Positions 24,572 through 36,981 of a stretch of DNA of 64,000 nt are shown one piece after another. Where the stretch lies: NCBI RefSeq assembly GCF_000181795.1, contig NW_003526945.1, forward strand, positions 760,529 through 824,528, given 5' to 3'. Under the pieces are notes generated by a model, which was given only the letters and a program-made list of their open reading frames with translations, made no database searches and was not told the DNA's origin. Made by a program: the position numbers and the translations under genes. Position 1 is the first letter of the stretch. Each line of letters opens with the position of its first letter. This stretch comes from Trichinella spiralis (taxonomy: Eukaryota).

Positions 24572-27500
24572 GCTGTAACATATTTGTCAGTTGAATCGCA
24601 CACAGTTCAGTTCAGTTCAGTGAGGTGAGGTGAGGATTTGGTAGATTTCAATTTATGAAACTTTATAAAAATTAGCCCATTTCAATTCCAATTTCAAAAA
24701 TAACTTCATACAACAAATAGACCATTGCACAACCACTGATAAACAAATAAACAAGTTGAAAATAAAAACCAATTGTAAAAATTTAATAAAAATTAAAAGT
24801 CCTAGAGATGAGATGACGAATTAGTTTGCTCGAGATTCCACAACTAGAAGAAGGGGATAACGTACGTACAGTAGGAGCTAATTTTCCAAACGATTCCCTC
24901 TTTCACATGTTTTGTACAACTCACAAGTCTTCACAGATCATAACGATATTCTTTTAATTAAAAAAATAATCTAGTAAACAACTGTAGGTGAACTCAGCTG
25001 TAAAAACATAAACGACTGCCCTGAACAATATTTATGCTCCGATGGTTTGTGCAGCCTAGCCGTGCCAACTTTAAAGTCATGTCAGTCTCATTCCATGTGC
25101 GACTCGAATGAACATTGCATGTATGGATTTTGCTGGAGACTTTTGAGTAAGTTTTGCAAATAGCAGACGAGTTAAAATTTGGCAATTGAAAATTAGAAAT
25201 TTTTTAACATTACAAATTGTATATTTTACAAAGTAAGCAAAATAATTTGTCAAAGCGGTATCGATGCAGTATAGTTTCATTCGTTTTAGCATGTTGAACA
25301 GAAATAGGCGCAAAAAAACAAGAAAAGATTAAAATTAACATAATAATAATAATTTAGAAAACGTCTGCCCATCTGACACGGTGGCATACAACCCTAGGCT
25401 ACCACTACAGTGCTCAACTGCTGCATCATTGAATATCTGCCCTATTGGATACAACTGCAACGCAGATACGGGATATTGTTGCTCCCAATTTCCAGGTTAT
25501 TTTTTTTTCTTAATAGAAAATTTCAATACATCTTTCTTGTAGAATTAGAAACACAGAATTTTCACTCTGACAATTTCAGTAGCTAAAGGTGGCCAAAATT
25601 GCAAAAACAAAACTTGCCAAGATATAAATTCATACTGCACTAATGAAGTGTGCACATGCCTGCCTGGCTATTCTTTGAAACTTGGCGTATGTACCAGAGA
25701 CGGTATGAATGTTTTGTACAACTTGTAGTTTTTTTTTATCTTTTTCTTTCTTTCTTTCCATTCCCAACATTTCCATGCTAGTGTGAATAGAAATTGTCAT
25801 TGCGGTAGTAGATAATTGGAAATTTTCACAGGATACGCTCTCAATAGTCCATGTGCTCTGAACACAGACTGCCTTACACCGTATTCGGAATGCAACGACG
25901 GCTTATGCCAATGCCGGAGTGGATTTTCACCAAGAGATGGTCGATGTGTGCCAAATCGTAATGAATGCACTTGCATTGCATTGCATTGCATATAAGCCAC
26001 GTTGGTAGTAAAAAATTACAAAGCTTAGTTTTCTTTGTTCTGCTCCAGCCTACCGTTGCACGTTCGGAGAACCGATGACCGCCGACAATCAAATCATCGA
26101 ATGTTCCATGACCAAAATGACCGTCGCCTCGTTGCGAGACGTGTTTCCGTTCTCGTTGGACAATTTCGAAACCACTCGCAGTGTTGAACTGCTTCTGGTA
26201 CGAGCCAGCGCCGACACTTGCCCCGAGGACGGCTACTGCGCCAGTTACGAATATCCGGAGAGTCAGTTTTTCGGCACCGGCGGAATCTCGTCCAGGGGTT
26301 TCTGCTGCCCAAGGCCGAAAGCGAAATGTCCCGCCGGGATTCCGTACGAAATCCAGAGGGGCAAAACGTGCCAACAGTTGTGCCCGTCGGATTCGCACTT
26401 TTGCTATTATGATTATTTTCTGCTGGAGCCGGTCTGCTGTCCACGGCCGTGCAAAATCAACGAACTGGCGATGAATGGTAGATGCGTTTTGCAGAAAAGC
26501 ATCGGCGAAGAATGCTCAAGTGACGAAGAATGCTTTTCGCACAACGCTTTTTGCCTGCGTACGCAGACCGGTAAAAATGACACTACTCCTACTACTGCTA
26601 TTCAAATTTCTACTTGGAACGGTGAATTTGTTTCAATTGTTGACTGTTCTTTTTTTTCTTTTTGTCTAGAATCATTCTGTGGTTGCAGCAGTGGAGAAAT
26701 TGAATTTGAAGGCAATTGCATTGGTAAGTGAATTAGTAAGTGAATGAAAGAGGGGCAGTTGGAGAGGTATTTGAAAAGGCATGAGCGCAGGCGATGAAGA
26801 AGCAGAAATAAGCACAACCGATGAGATTAGTGTTTTGTGCTTTCAGTTCCAACTTGCTTTTATGGTGAACCGTTGAAAAATGGCAAAGGCGAGCTGATCC
26901 GGTGCACGGAAAAGTGTCCCCTGCACGAATATGTCTGCTTCACTCCGTTTCAAGTGTGCTGTTTAATTCCAATTGCCACCAGCCCTGACGACGAGGAATT
27001 TGTCGCAATTGGAGAAAATCTGACCGACTCGTCCGAAGTGATTGTACCGACAACTGTCATCGACGTGACCACCACGACCGATTTGTTCACCACCACCACC
27101 ACCACCACCACGGAGATGTATACGACAACAAGCGACGATGACGAATCATTCACAACAGACAGTTGTAGTAGTGAAAAGCAGTGGTCAACTACAGTTGCCG
27201 AAACTGCCACGGCCGATGATGCCGAGTCGGAGCAGATTTCGACGTCGACACTGCCGGATAGTGAAAGTACCACTGCTGAGCAGCAGACTTTGGTATCAAT
27301 TGTGGACAACGAAAACTTTCCAGAAGAGAACAACAATTCACAATCTTCAGCAGAAATGACACAGTCCAGTGTTGGAACGGAAGTATCTGAGGGTACATTT
27401 GAGGAAAGTGCAACAACAACAACAACAACAACAACAAGCTCAACTGTTCAAACATCTTCTTCTCAAATAGTGGTGATGGTAATTTACCCGCAGAAAGAGT

Positions 27501-27634
27501 TGACAGATGCTCCAAAAGTTGTGCAAGAGGAAAAGAAGGAGGATGAAGAGAGAAACATTGGAGAAAGGCCAACAACAATTGGCGATGCTGCCGCGTCTGT
27601 TTGGTTTAGAAAAAAGCCGCTAATTTCAACATGA
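23380..27634 (+). CDS. Secreted cysteine-rich protein with Lustrin/WR1-like and EB-like modules and an acidic Thr/Ser-rich (mucin-like) tail
   Basis: Phase-1 exons 23380-23449 (signal MPTILLLLHFYNLLFFSIIINVKG), 24988-25146, 25358-25495 (CPSD...C...CPIGYNC...GYCC), 25580-25702, 25832-25957, 26049-26570, 26670-26723 and 26847-27634 join in frame. EB-like patterns include IGEECSSDEECFSHNAFC...CGCSSG...GNC. The last exon has poly-Thr and acidic stretches. Confidence 0.85.
24534..24570. repeat. (TA)n microsatellite
   Basis: Directly visible. Confidence 0.9.
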
Positions 27635-28625
27635 ACAACAACAACAACAACAACAGCAAAGCGGTGAGGTGGAAAATTGGCCAGCGCCGAAATGATCATC
27701 ATCACATTTTTCACTTCTATTATCTATTATGATCGATTTTGATTTGCGTTTAAAATGCAAAAAAACGAACTTTAAAACTCAAAACTTGACAATCACAAGT
27801 ACTGCTATTATTTTGTTGTTTCAAACCCTGCTCAGATTATGAAAATAGAAATTCAATTAAAAAAGAAACAAACATCCAGATAGATAGCATGCCTCTCAGT
27901 GTTTTCTGTTGATAATGAATGATACTACTGATTATTGATTAAGCATTGAACATCAATCAAACAACAATCATTTTCACTTACTTTTTGAACGTAAATGACA
28001 TGCGAAGGTGGTCGTTGTTGTTCAATGAATGAATGGACAAATTTCACAAAAGTAAAACATGCTAACAACAAGTTGGCTGAAACAAACAAACAAACAAACA
28101 GACAAAAATGCATATAGATAGATATATGTATGTATGTATGAGAGAAAGTTCTCCGAAACGATGCTATTGCCAGAGTTCACAAAGCATGTTGTTGAAATTG
28201 TATGCAAATTTATTTATCTTTTCCAACATACTAAAACTAATACATTATATTTTGTCACCAACGAGTTGACCCGAAGTGGGTTTCAATGGATGGCATTTCA
28301 ATTTTCGACGTACATGAAAAGTGGAAAATAATAAATAAGAAAAAAACAAAAACAAACAAACAACGCATAAGCATTTAAAATAACAATGATGATGATGATG
28401 ATGATCAAAATTAAGTATTTTTTTGAAAAAGAAATTCATAAAAATGGTAAAAAAAATGAGGCAAGCACGAGTGTGAATGAAATACATACATATATATTAT
28501 ATACATATGACATTCACGGAGCTTACAAGCACAACAAATTGAATAATGCGATTGAATACGAGGAGAATGAATGAGCGAGCTTATATTAATAATAATAAAA
28601 ATAAATAATAATTGTGCATGTATTA

Positions 28626-31600
28626 TTATTCTTCGTCACCGTACATGTCGGCCAGCTTTTTGAACGCTTCACCACCCCATTTGTTCACTTCGTCCCAGTC
28701 GATTTCTGAACCAGACGACGGCGATGACAACGAAGACAAACTGCCCACAGAAGCGGTGTCGTCTTCGTTGGCATAAACGCGAAGCTCGTCAAAAGGTGGA
28801 ACCATGGGATCTTGGTCGGCGTTGTTCAGCCGATTCTTGATGAACGAATTCAAATCGCCTGAAACAGTCAGTTTTCGTCATCATTATCATCAACAACAAC
28901 AACAACAACAATATGTTCTCTCGTCCAAGTACACGTACCCCCGCCGGATAGGGGATCTTTGGCTGCGGGTCGACGATGGGTGCCGTTGTGGTCGTCCGTG
29001 TTGGGCAGTTGCATCGAAGGATCGTCTTCGATTGGCAGCACAGGTTTGCGCAGTGCGGCAATGTTGTAGGCATCTTGGTCTTCTTCGCCACCGCCCTCTT
29101 CGGCATAGTTGATAATATTTTCGCGGATATCGTCCTCGGGACGGATGAGCAGCGGCGATTGGTGCCGGCGACGGGAATAAACCACCAGAAGCAAGACGAG
29201 CACGATGAGCGTCAACAGAGTGACCAGAATGGCCGCCACGGCTCCGTGAGTGATGCCGAGGTGCATGGCTGCTAGCGGTCGACCGCAGTAGAGTTGGCCG
29301 TTTTGAATCCAGTGATTGGAATCCGGCGGGCAAGTGCAAAATGGCCCTTTCCAAAAATCCACGCACACCAACGGAGGTGAACAATAGCCGGGCAGTGAAG
29401 CGCAAGTTTGCAACAAAGTGCAGCCGTCGCTGACGCCGAATGTTTCGTCAATTTTTGCATAGTCGACGGCCGTGTCACTGTCCAACGGCAGCCAATAGTC
29501 GTCGAAAGTCACCTTTCGAATGCATCCTGAATTCGTACAATTATTTTATACACTGCAAAAACACGTCAAATATCCCATCCCATCCATCCATACCTCGGAA
29601 TCCCGAATTGCCGTGATTGGTACTGCCAACTCGAAAACTGTTCGAATCGTAATCCATAAAAAATTGCTTGTTCTTGTTGTTCAATTCAAACATCGACAAA
29701 TAATAGACCAAGCCGTCGACGTTGAATCGAACAATTTCTCTGGTCCGTTCCACAACGACGTGATAAGTTTGATTCCTGGCCAATTGGAAATGTGCCATTT
29801 TCGCTTTGGTCATCACGTCCGGACCAAAGCTGAGCAAATAATTCAAAATTCGATCTTCAATCTAATATTTAAAAAATGGAATATATAATATTATAAAATC
29901 AAATTCTTTCAATTTCACCATCAGATGCATCGAGTGATTTTTTTCCGTGTGACTGGCTGAGAACAACGTTCCAGCGCCAGAGTCGGGAAAAAACGACACT
30001 TCCAATTTGGAATACTGCAACGGGATGTCGGTGTCGGCGAGAGCCATCAAATAACGAACGTACGACATTGGTCCGAAAGTTTTCCATCTTGCCTCTACAA
30101 GCATTGCGAGATGAACATGAGAACAACAACAGTAAACAAAGAAACAAAAAGAATGAAAGCTTTTTGTACCAATGTCGCATTTCGGACCGTACCATCCAGG
30201 CTCACAGTGGCAAGTGTAGTCGTGAAAGCTGGCCACGCATTCGCCGTGCAAGCAGTGGGTGACTACTTGTTGGTGTTGTTCCGCCAAGCGATTGGTTTCG
30301 CAAAAATGGTCCGTCTGCGGACAGCCCATTTCACTATTATCAAATCGAAGTGGATTTGCCAAATCCAAAATCTGAACACAAAAAAAATTCATGGATAATC
30401 TGATTAATTAATGATAATTGATTAATTTTTCCCCTCACCTTTCCGTTCAAGTAGACATTGCGAAGACAGCCGTCGAAACCATCGGTGGTGTTGAAAAAGT
30501 CGCGGAAAGCAATTCCCGAATGAACCGGAGCTATGCCGCCCAATTGGAGCGGATATATCGAATTCAGCTGGTCGTTGTCCAGTTGAACCACTTGCTTCAA
30601 CTCGCAACGGTTCCAGTCGAAATGTTGACGACGATTTCCTCGACGGCATTTGTCCAAAATAACTCGAACTTCCTGTTGTGGAAAAAAAAGAGGGGAAGGG
30701 GAGAAAATAATTATTGCACAACATTGATGATAATTTTCGACTTTTCACCTTTCCACTGGCGAACAATTCCAACGTATGCCATCGACCGTCGTCGACTTTC
30801 CAATCGTCCAAAGTGGACGTAACCGACATGGGCATTCCGCCAAAGTCGACATTCACGACCAATTGACCACGCACAACGGCAATGTACAAGAAATCTTTGA
30901 CGAACATCTCGCGCACGTCGTGACGTCTGGCTAACATGGGTCCATTGTACAAAATAATTCCATTCGAATTTCTACAAGTTGACAAGTATAATAATTTTTT
31001 TATAAGAGAAATCAAATCAAATCAAATTCAACTCGTACTGGGTGATAAATTCCAACGAAATATTCCACTTTTGACACGTTTGGACAGGCTCGAACCACGC
31101 CCATCCCAAGCCGCGAAAACTTCTCACGTGTCCGGCACAACGTGGACCTTTGTACAAACCGCGGCATTCACAGCTGAAGTGGTTTTTAAAAAAAAAGAAA
31201 AAAAAAGAATTAAAAATTACGTTATAAGAAACCCCCTCTCCAAAAAAAACGCATCCTGTATTGTAGAATATTCAACGTAATTCCTCCAATTATTCTGTCC
31301 TCAACAGTAAATTATCCATCCATCTCTTCCCAGTTGGAGAAGAGCGGAGGAGAACATTTTCTTTCAAAAAGAAAAAAACAACAGAAGCACTTACAAAAAA
31401 TCCACTCCAGTGTCGTGACAAATCGCATCGTTGTAACAGGCATCTTCGGTACAGTGGGACGGCAAGGGTCGAATTGGACAAGTGCACTGACGTTGGGCGG
31501 TGATGTTGACGCCGGCGATGACGGTCTCGTTGCCGTTGACCACCAGTGGTCGATTGCCAACCGTGAGCAAAGTTTGACAGCCGTTGTTGCACGATTCGAC

Positions 31601-34600
31601 CGTACAAGGGTCGAGATTGATTTGGACAATGTCGATGTGTTTTTCCAACGGATGACCGCCGTTGGTCAGGTCGGCTTGGAATTGGTGGAAATTTTGCTGC
31701 AACAGACCATAGATCAACGTAGGCGAATAATAGCCGGAACCGTGGACGGCAAAGTAGAGGTCGATTTTCTGCGGATAGCCGCCGTCGTTGCGTATGGAGA
31801 AAATTTGGACGTTGTCCACGTCGACGTCGACCAGCGTGGCCAATTTGTGTTTGAACAGTTCCATATAGCTTTTGCCGTTGATTGGTCGGACAAATTCTTC
31901 GGCCGTCAAACCTTGCAGTTTCAACGAGACCGCATTGTCCAACGCTTCTTGGGCCAGTGGTTCCACCACAATGACAACTTCACCTTGGGCACGTTCGTCC
32001 CGTACACGATCCCAGACGTCGGCCACGATGTGGTATTCACCGACCGGCGTGGTACGCGACATGACAATTGTACCGTGATTGTCGACGGTAAAATATGGTT
32101 CTGATGGACCGTGGACGAGGGTGAAATTTTTCTCCGCCAAATCCCAGTCGTCCAAATCTTCGACATATACTTGCCCAATTGGGAAATTGTCGTCGAACGT
32201 TTCGTACGTGTAGACGTGAATGATGCTTCTGCCGTCCGACATGGGATTGTCGTTTTTGTCGCCGATGACAATTTGCAAAATTCGAATCGCCTCCTGTTTC
32301 GGCTTGCCACTGTCGCTGACGTATATTGGAACCAGCAACGTTTTGCCGGTTTGGAAATCTTCACGGTCGAACGTTTTCTTCGTCTTCACGATCAGACCCC
32401 CATTGCCACCGTCCATGCCTGTCAAAAGTGGCACCGTATAATATTTGGATTCAAGTGAAAAATTTGCATATAATTGAAAACAAAATTAAAAAAAACTCAC
32501 TCTGGTCGAATGTCATTTCGAATTTGTCGGCGTAGGTGGAATTGTCGGCTTGTTTCATGAAAAACGGCGGCCCGTTGCCGGGACCGTCCGGGTCGTAGGC
32601 GGTCAAATTGATCACGTGCGTGCCGGGCTTTTCGTTTTCCATCACCACGGCCGGCGGATGGTAATTCAAAAACGGCGCGTTGTCGTTCACATCTTCCAAA
32701 TTTACCACCAGCAATATGTAGCCGACGTTGTTGGCTGATGATGAGATGGAAAATAAATAAACAAATAAACAAACAAACAATGACAAATTACCCGAATCCA
32801 AAGCTTCGATACGAAGTCTGTATTGGGCTATGTCTTCGCGGTCCAACGGTCTGGCAACGCGCAGCACGCCGTCCTTTTCGCCGATGGTGAATTGCAATTT
32901 CGGGTCCGATTCACGAACGATGCGAAAGCTGAACAGAAAAAAAAACAATAATACAATTAATTAATTCAATTTTTTCTTTGTTTTTTCGATTCCTAAAAAT
33001 TGATTCGATCGTTGAATAATCATCAAGAGCAAAATGCAAAAAAAGAAGCAAAAAGAAAGCAACACGCTTCAGTGATTTTTTTTCTCTTTTCATAAAATTT
33101 AGCCTCGAGCAAAAAAAAGATCGACGACGACGCTGGTGAAAAGCAACGTGGTGAAAAAAAATTTTTTCATTCGTTCGGAAAACAACAATTCTCCAAACGA
33201 GATGATGAAAATTTAAAAATGTTGTTCGTCAAAATAAATAAAATTCACCACCATCATCATGAAATAAGCCAACAACGACGACATCTTCTTCCCGCCAATC
33301 ACACACAGCAGTAGGGGGGATTTTTTTGAAAAAAAATAAAAAAAGAAAAAAAATATCCACCACTTCCACACATTGTTCCCGCTCGTTGCTTGTTCACTCT
33401 TTTTCTCTATGATGAATCATAATTTGCCACCTTCAGGGTTGTTTGCTTTCACGGCCAAACCAAACCAAGCCAAGCCAAGCCGGAAACTGTGTGACCGCGT
33501 TGACCTATACGTACACTCGTCTCGTACCACTCCTCGACATTTGGAGGAGAAAAAAGAATAAATAATAATAATTTCCATGGTAAAAAACAACAACAACGGG
33601 CTGAGATGGATGAATGTGAGCCAGAAATACAGATATACATACATACATACATACAGAAATATACATAGATAGATAGATATATTTAAACATACGTGTAGTT
33701 GGTGCCGACCAAATCACCGGGATGATGCAGGTAGGTTTCGAAATGGGCGACCGGTAATCCAACTGAACTCGCCTCGGATATGTTGACAATAGTACCGACG
33801 CTGAGCACACGCTCCTTGCCGTTAGCCGCAGTGTTAACAAGAGAAGCTTCGCTAGTCGACCTGGGCACGGCAATGACGGCATGATCGCCGACGAGAACGG
33901 GTGGGGCAAAGGGGGGTGGAAAAGGATTTGCTGCATCGTTCGTGGTAAAAAACAACACCAACAACAACAGCAATGGAAGAGGAGATGAGAAAATCGACCC
34001 CCGCGACAATAAATAAAATATGTTGACGAATAATTTGCATAAATTTTGCAAAAAAAATCCCGCAAAAGAAATATGGACGACAAGTTGGTGCACACCGACT
34101 TGTGTTGAAGTGGAATAATGTGAAGAAGAAGAAGAAGAAGAAAACATACTCGAATGTGTCGTCCCCGGCATCTCTGTCCCGGACGGTGAACGCGACCAAA
34201 ACCGTACCCGGTCGGACGGTTTCCAACAACGATATCGCTTGGGGAGCGTTGACAAATTCGGGCGCGTTGTCATTTTCGTCCAACAGTCGTATACGAACCG
34301 GCGCCCAACTGCTGAATCGACCATCACTGACACGTACGGTCAAATTGAAGCCCACTCGTTGCAGTGGATCTTCGAAATCCAAAGGCTATATAATATACAG
34401 AAATATGCACACAAAGCTAGCTAGTGGAATGAACAGTATGGGACAGAAAAAAGATTTGTCAATTTTTTCAATGGACAACGGCAAGGTAAGATGGTTGGGT
34501 TGAGGGGAGGGGCGTGGTCAAAAGGAAAATGGACAACTCAACCGACCGACCGGCCGATCGTGTTGTCGTCTCAACTATATGGACACAGCCTGCCTGCTTG

Positions 34601-36944
34601 AACAGGCCAACTAGCGAACAACTGCCGCGCCGGCAAGGAGAAATTTGTTCTTTTCAAAAAAAGAAAGAAACAAAATGTTTCCGGCCACGTCAACGCGCCT
34701 CTCTCTTTTCTCTTCCTTTTTCGTATGCAGAAAAATAAAATATAATATAAAAAATAAGAAACGACAAGACAAAAAAAATCAACCAACCAGAACACGCGCG
34801 CAGCACGAACTGCCGACGAATCAGCAAACAGACAAATAGAAAGAGCGACATAGAACAAGACAAGACAGATAAACAAACAAACAAACAAACAAACAAATGC
34901 AATCGGACAGACAACCGGACACAGTGAAGAAAATCTGGCTTCATTCAAATTCAGCTCAACAGCCCACTCAAACTATCCATCTTTCTCTGTGTAACACAAA
35001 CAATAAGTTTTCCATCTGGAATTTTTTTTTGGTGAGGCTTTCACTTTCACTGCCAGCTTTGATATTAATAATCAATCATTTTTCAAATTTTCCAATCGAA
35101 CATACAAAACTGTTAATTCATTGATCAAAATGAAAAACATTTTTAAAAAAAAATCTGAAACCGACAACATCTTCCCACGCTGGTGAATCAACATCACCAT
35201 TGATGATGCTGTTGTGCTGTTGATTCATTCGAATTATTACAATTTTATCACTTTTTACAACTAGAGGGCGCTTGTTCTACTTTGTTCAATCACACTAATA
35301 ATTCTCTCTCTCTCTCTCTCTTTCTCTCCGTCGCCCCATTCTACTGTTGAACACATATATCAATACCAATATGCAGCTCAAACGAAGGTCAACAACGTTT
35401 TCAGGTCACGCTACACTACACGCTCACTATCTCGCAAACAAATATTACGAATATTATTACTATTATTAATTAGCCTATCTATCTATCTATCTATCTATAT
35501 ATATATATCTTATCTCTTTCCTGATCTTCCATTTCAGCTGAAAAAGCTTCATCATCAATGATCAAGTAATAAATGTGACAGGTGTGAAAAAGAATCGATA
35601 ATACAAGACAAAGAAAATAGGAAAAAAGAGAAAGAATACTAAAAATTTATCCTATTCTTCTTCCTTTAAGATTCTAATCAAGCGTTAAACAAAAAAAAGA
35701 ATTATACATACATATTATTTATAGTTCATATTGAAGTGTGGAAGTTGTAAAATCCGCATTGCAACTATTCACACAAAGCTTGAAAAATTGAAAACAAAAA
35801 AAAACTCCATCGTTGCAAACGATCATAAAATTTGATACGCAACTTGAGCACGGAAAGGGGTGTAAAATTACTAAGCAAACAAAATATATTGTATTACCGA
35901 CAATGGTGTTTTCAGATTTGTTAACAATATAGAAACAAATTCCAACCAGCACATTCATCATCATCATCATCCAGACGAGGATATGTGAAATGAAAAATTT
36001 TCCAACAACGATCGTAAAACTACTCATAATACGATCGGATTGGAAAATAAATGCAAGCAGGCAGGCAGAGAGAAATGGCACTGCAATGCTCAAGTTCAAC
36101 TTATGCAAACATATTGCCCCCACACCATCATCATCACCACCACCACCACCACCAACTACTACTACTACAGTACTTTTCTTGAACAAACAAATGGTGATTC
36201 ATCGATTTCATCAGCAATTTCAATTTCAGTCATTTGAAGAAGAGAAAATATTCAAATATATTCACGAAAAAAAAATAATCATATATGCTGTTTCATACAA
36301 GATAGAGAATTATTGGTGACAAATCGACGAATGTGCTGTGCTGGAGGGTTGTGGAAAATTCTTTGCCCAAAAATGGGTCCACCACGATGAATCGGTGCTG
36401 AACGAAGTTCCAACTTGTTCAACTGACCGTCGCCATTGTGCGTTGGCTTGTTTTTAACAATTGATTACCAGCCTGGTGGAAAAGTGACGCACATACTGCG
36501 ACCTTATTTTCCACCACCGCCCCTCCCTGCCAAAAATATCTACCAATCAGCTTTGGGTGAACATATAGATATACATGCATGTGTGTGTGTGTGTGTGAAT
36601 GCAAAAGTTGTTGAATTAGCAAAATGGCTATCATCGTTGGCAAGATTGAGGTTGACACACGACTGACTGACTGACTGACTTCGGCATGATTTGAAATTAC
36701 CCTAGGCAAAATGATGCCAATGCACTCGAAGCTAGTTTCTCTTTTTTCTTCTTCTGCTACAACTGACGCACCACTTTCTTTCTTTCTTTCCACATCATCA
36801 TTGTTCAACCTAGCCCAGCCTAGCCTAGCCCAATCTAAATAACGCTTAATCGGCTTCATCGTCCAAGCTTCAATCTTGTTTACCATTCTACTCACCGACA
36901 ACAAAGACAAGCTCACCACTTGCGGCATACTTCACTTCAACAAT

Positions 36945-36981
<37 letters not shown>

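Noticed and set aside
28804..34503. Many plus-strand ORFs (e.g. 31334-32104, 256 aa)
   Set aside because: They are antisense shadows of GC3-rich cadherin exons, with no independent motifs or splice structure.
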